Source: Octopus sinensis (Eukaryota). Taken from it: 64,000 bases of DNA. Positions 63,595 to 64,000 of the stretch are shown here, in pieces. Numbering within the stretch: position 1 is the first letter of the stretch; each line of letters opens with the position of its first letter. Under the pieces are notes generated by a model, which saw nothing but the letters and a program-made list of their open reading frames with translations, had not been told where the DNA came from and did not search any database. The stretch spans positions 24,738,001 to 24,802,000 of the forward strand of contig NC_043014.1 in assembly GCF_006345805.1 (NCBI RefSeq), in the 5' to 3' direction. The translations under genes and the position numbers were made by a program.

Positions 63595-64000
63595 TGAAAT
63601 AAAACGATTCCTGTTCAATCTGCGTTCAGCTCCATTTCTTCAATTCACCAATAATGTTTTAATTTCAATTATCCGCACCAACGCAACGGTTGCAACGCCA
63701 GATGGTTGTACCTCCAACCGTGCTGTTTACTGCTGTGATTTTTGCTACTAAGGTATCGGTTAAACTGTTGATTAATCTCTACAAGATTATTCATCTTTCT
63801 ATTTCACATAATACATACCGCTTCGTCAAGAAACTGCTACTTTAACCGATGCCAATAATGGAGTTGTTCGAGATTGATGCGTCCCTTAAGGATATTCCTA
63901 TACCACCAAAGGATGCCTTCCTTAAGGAGTTGGTTGTAAAACCAACGCATTCATAAACCGGATAAGATGGCTCATTTTTCTTCACGAGAACGAAGATCTA

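Larger units (their letters stand above)
62173..64000 (+). mobile_element. Penelope-like element 5' region: ~680-bp inverted pLTR pair followed by the ORF start
   Basis: Arms 62173-62849 and 62980-63659 with a 130-bp spacer; ORF from 63849/63858 reads MELFEIDASLKDIPIPPKDAFLKELVVK, then after a 1-nt frameshift NAFINRIRWLIFL, like PLE N-termini (SLKNIPIP...FI.R.RW). Confidence 0.8.

Overview
This 64 kb window is AT-rich, microsatellite-dense metazoan DNA with no recognisable host-gene exon. The repeat spectrum suggests an octopus-like cephalopod (inference, not verified). It is almost entirely a transposon graveyard: RTE, RTE-BovB-like, CR1-like, Tx1/L1-like and probable R4/Dong-like LINE fragments, Penelope-like elements (PLEs), tRNA-derived SINEs, Helitron-like elements, one piggyBac derivative and two solo LTRs, plus several large inverted repeats. 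The unexpected signal is RNA-structural. By eye I find about 15 hammerhead-ribozyme (HHR)-like motifs. Nine are intact or near-intact type I motifs, mostly with palindromic stem III loops, including a back-to-back pair in a perfect 140-bp palindrome. Three are degenerate type I motifs. Three (19.4, 35.7 and 39.2 kb, from two unrelated sequence families) have the catalytic elements in a pseudoknotted, non-circularly permuted order: stem III strand - NUH^ - stem I - stem II strand - GAAA - stem III - linker - stem I - CUGANGA. All RNA folds were derived by manual pairing; no activity data are available.
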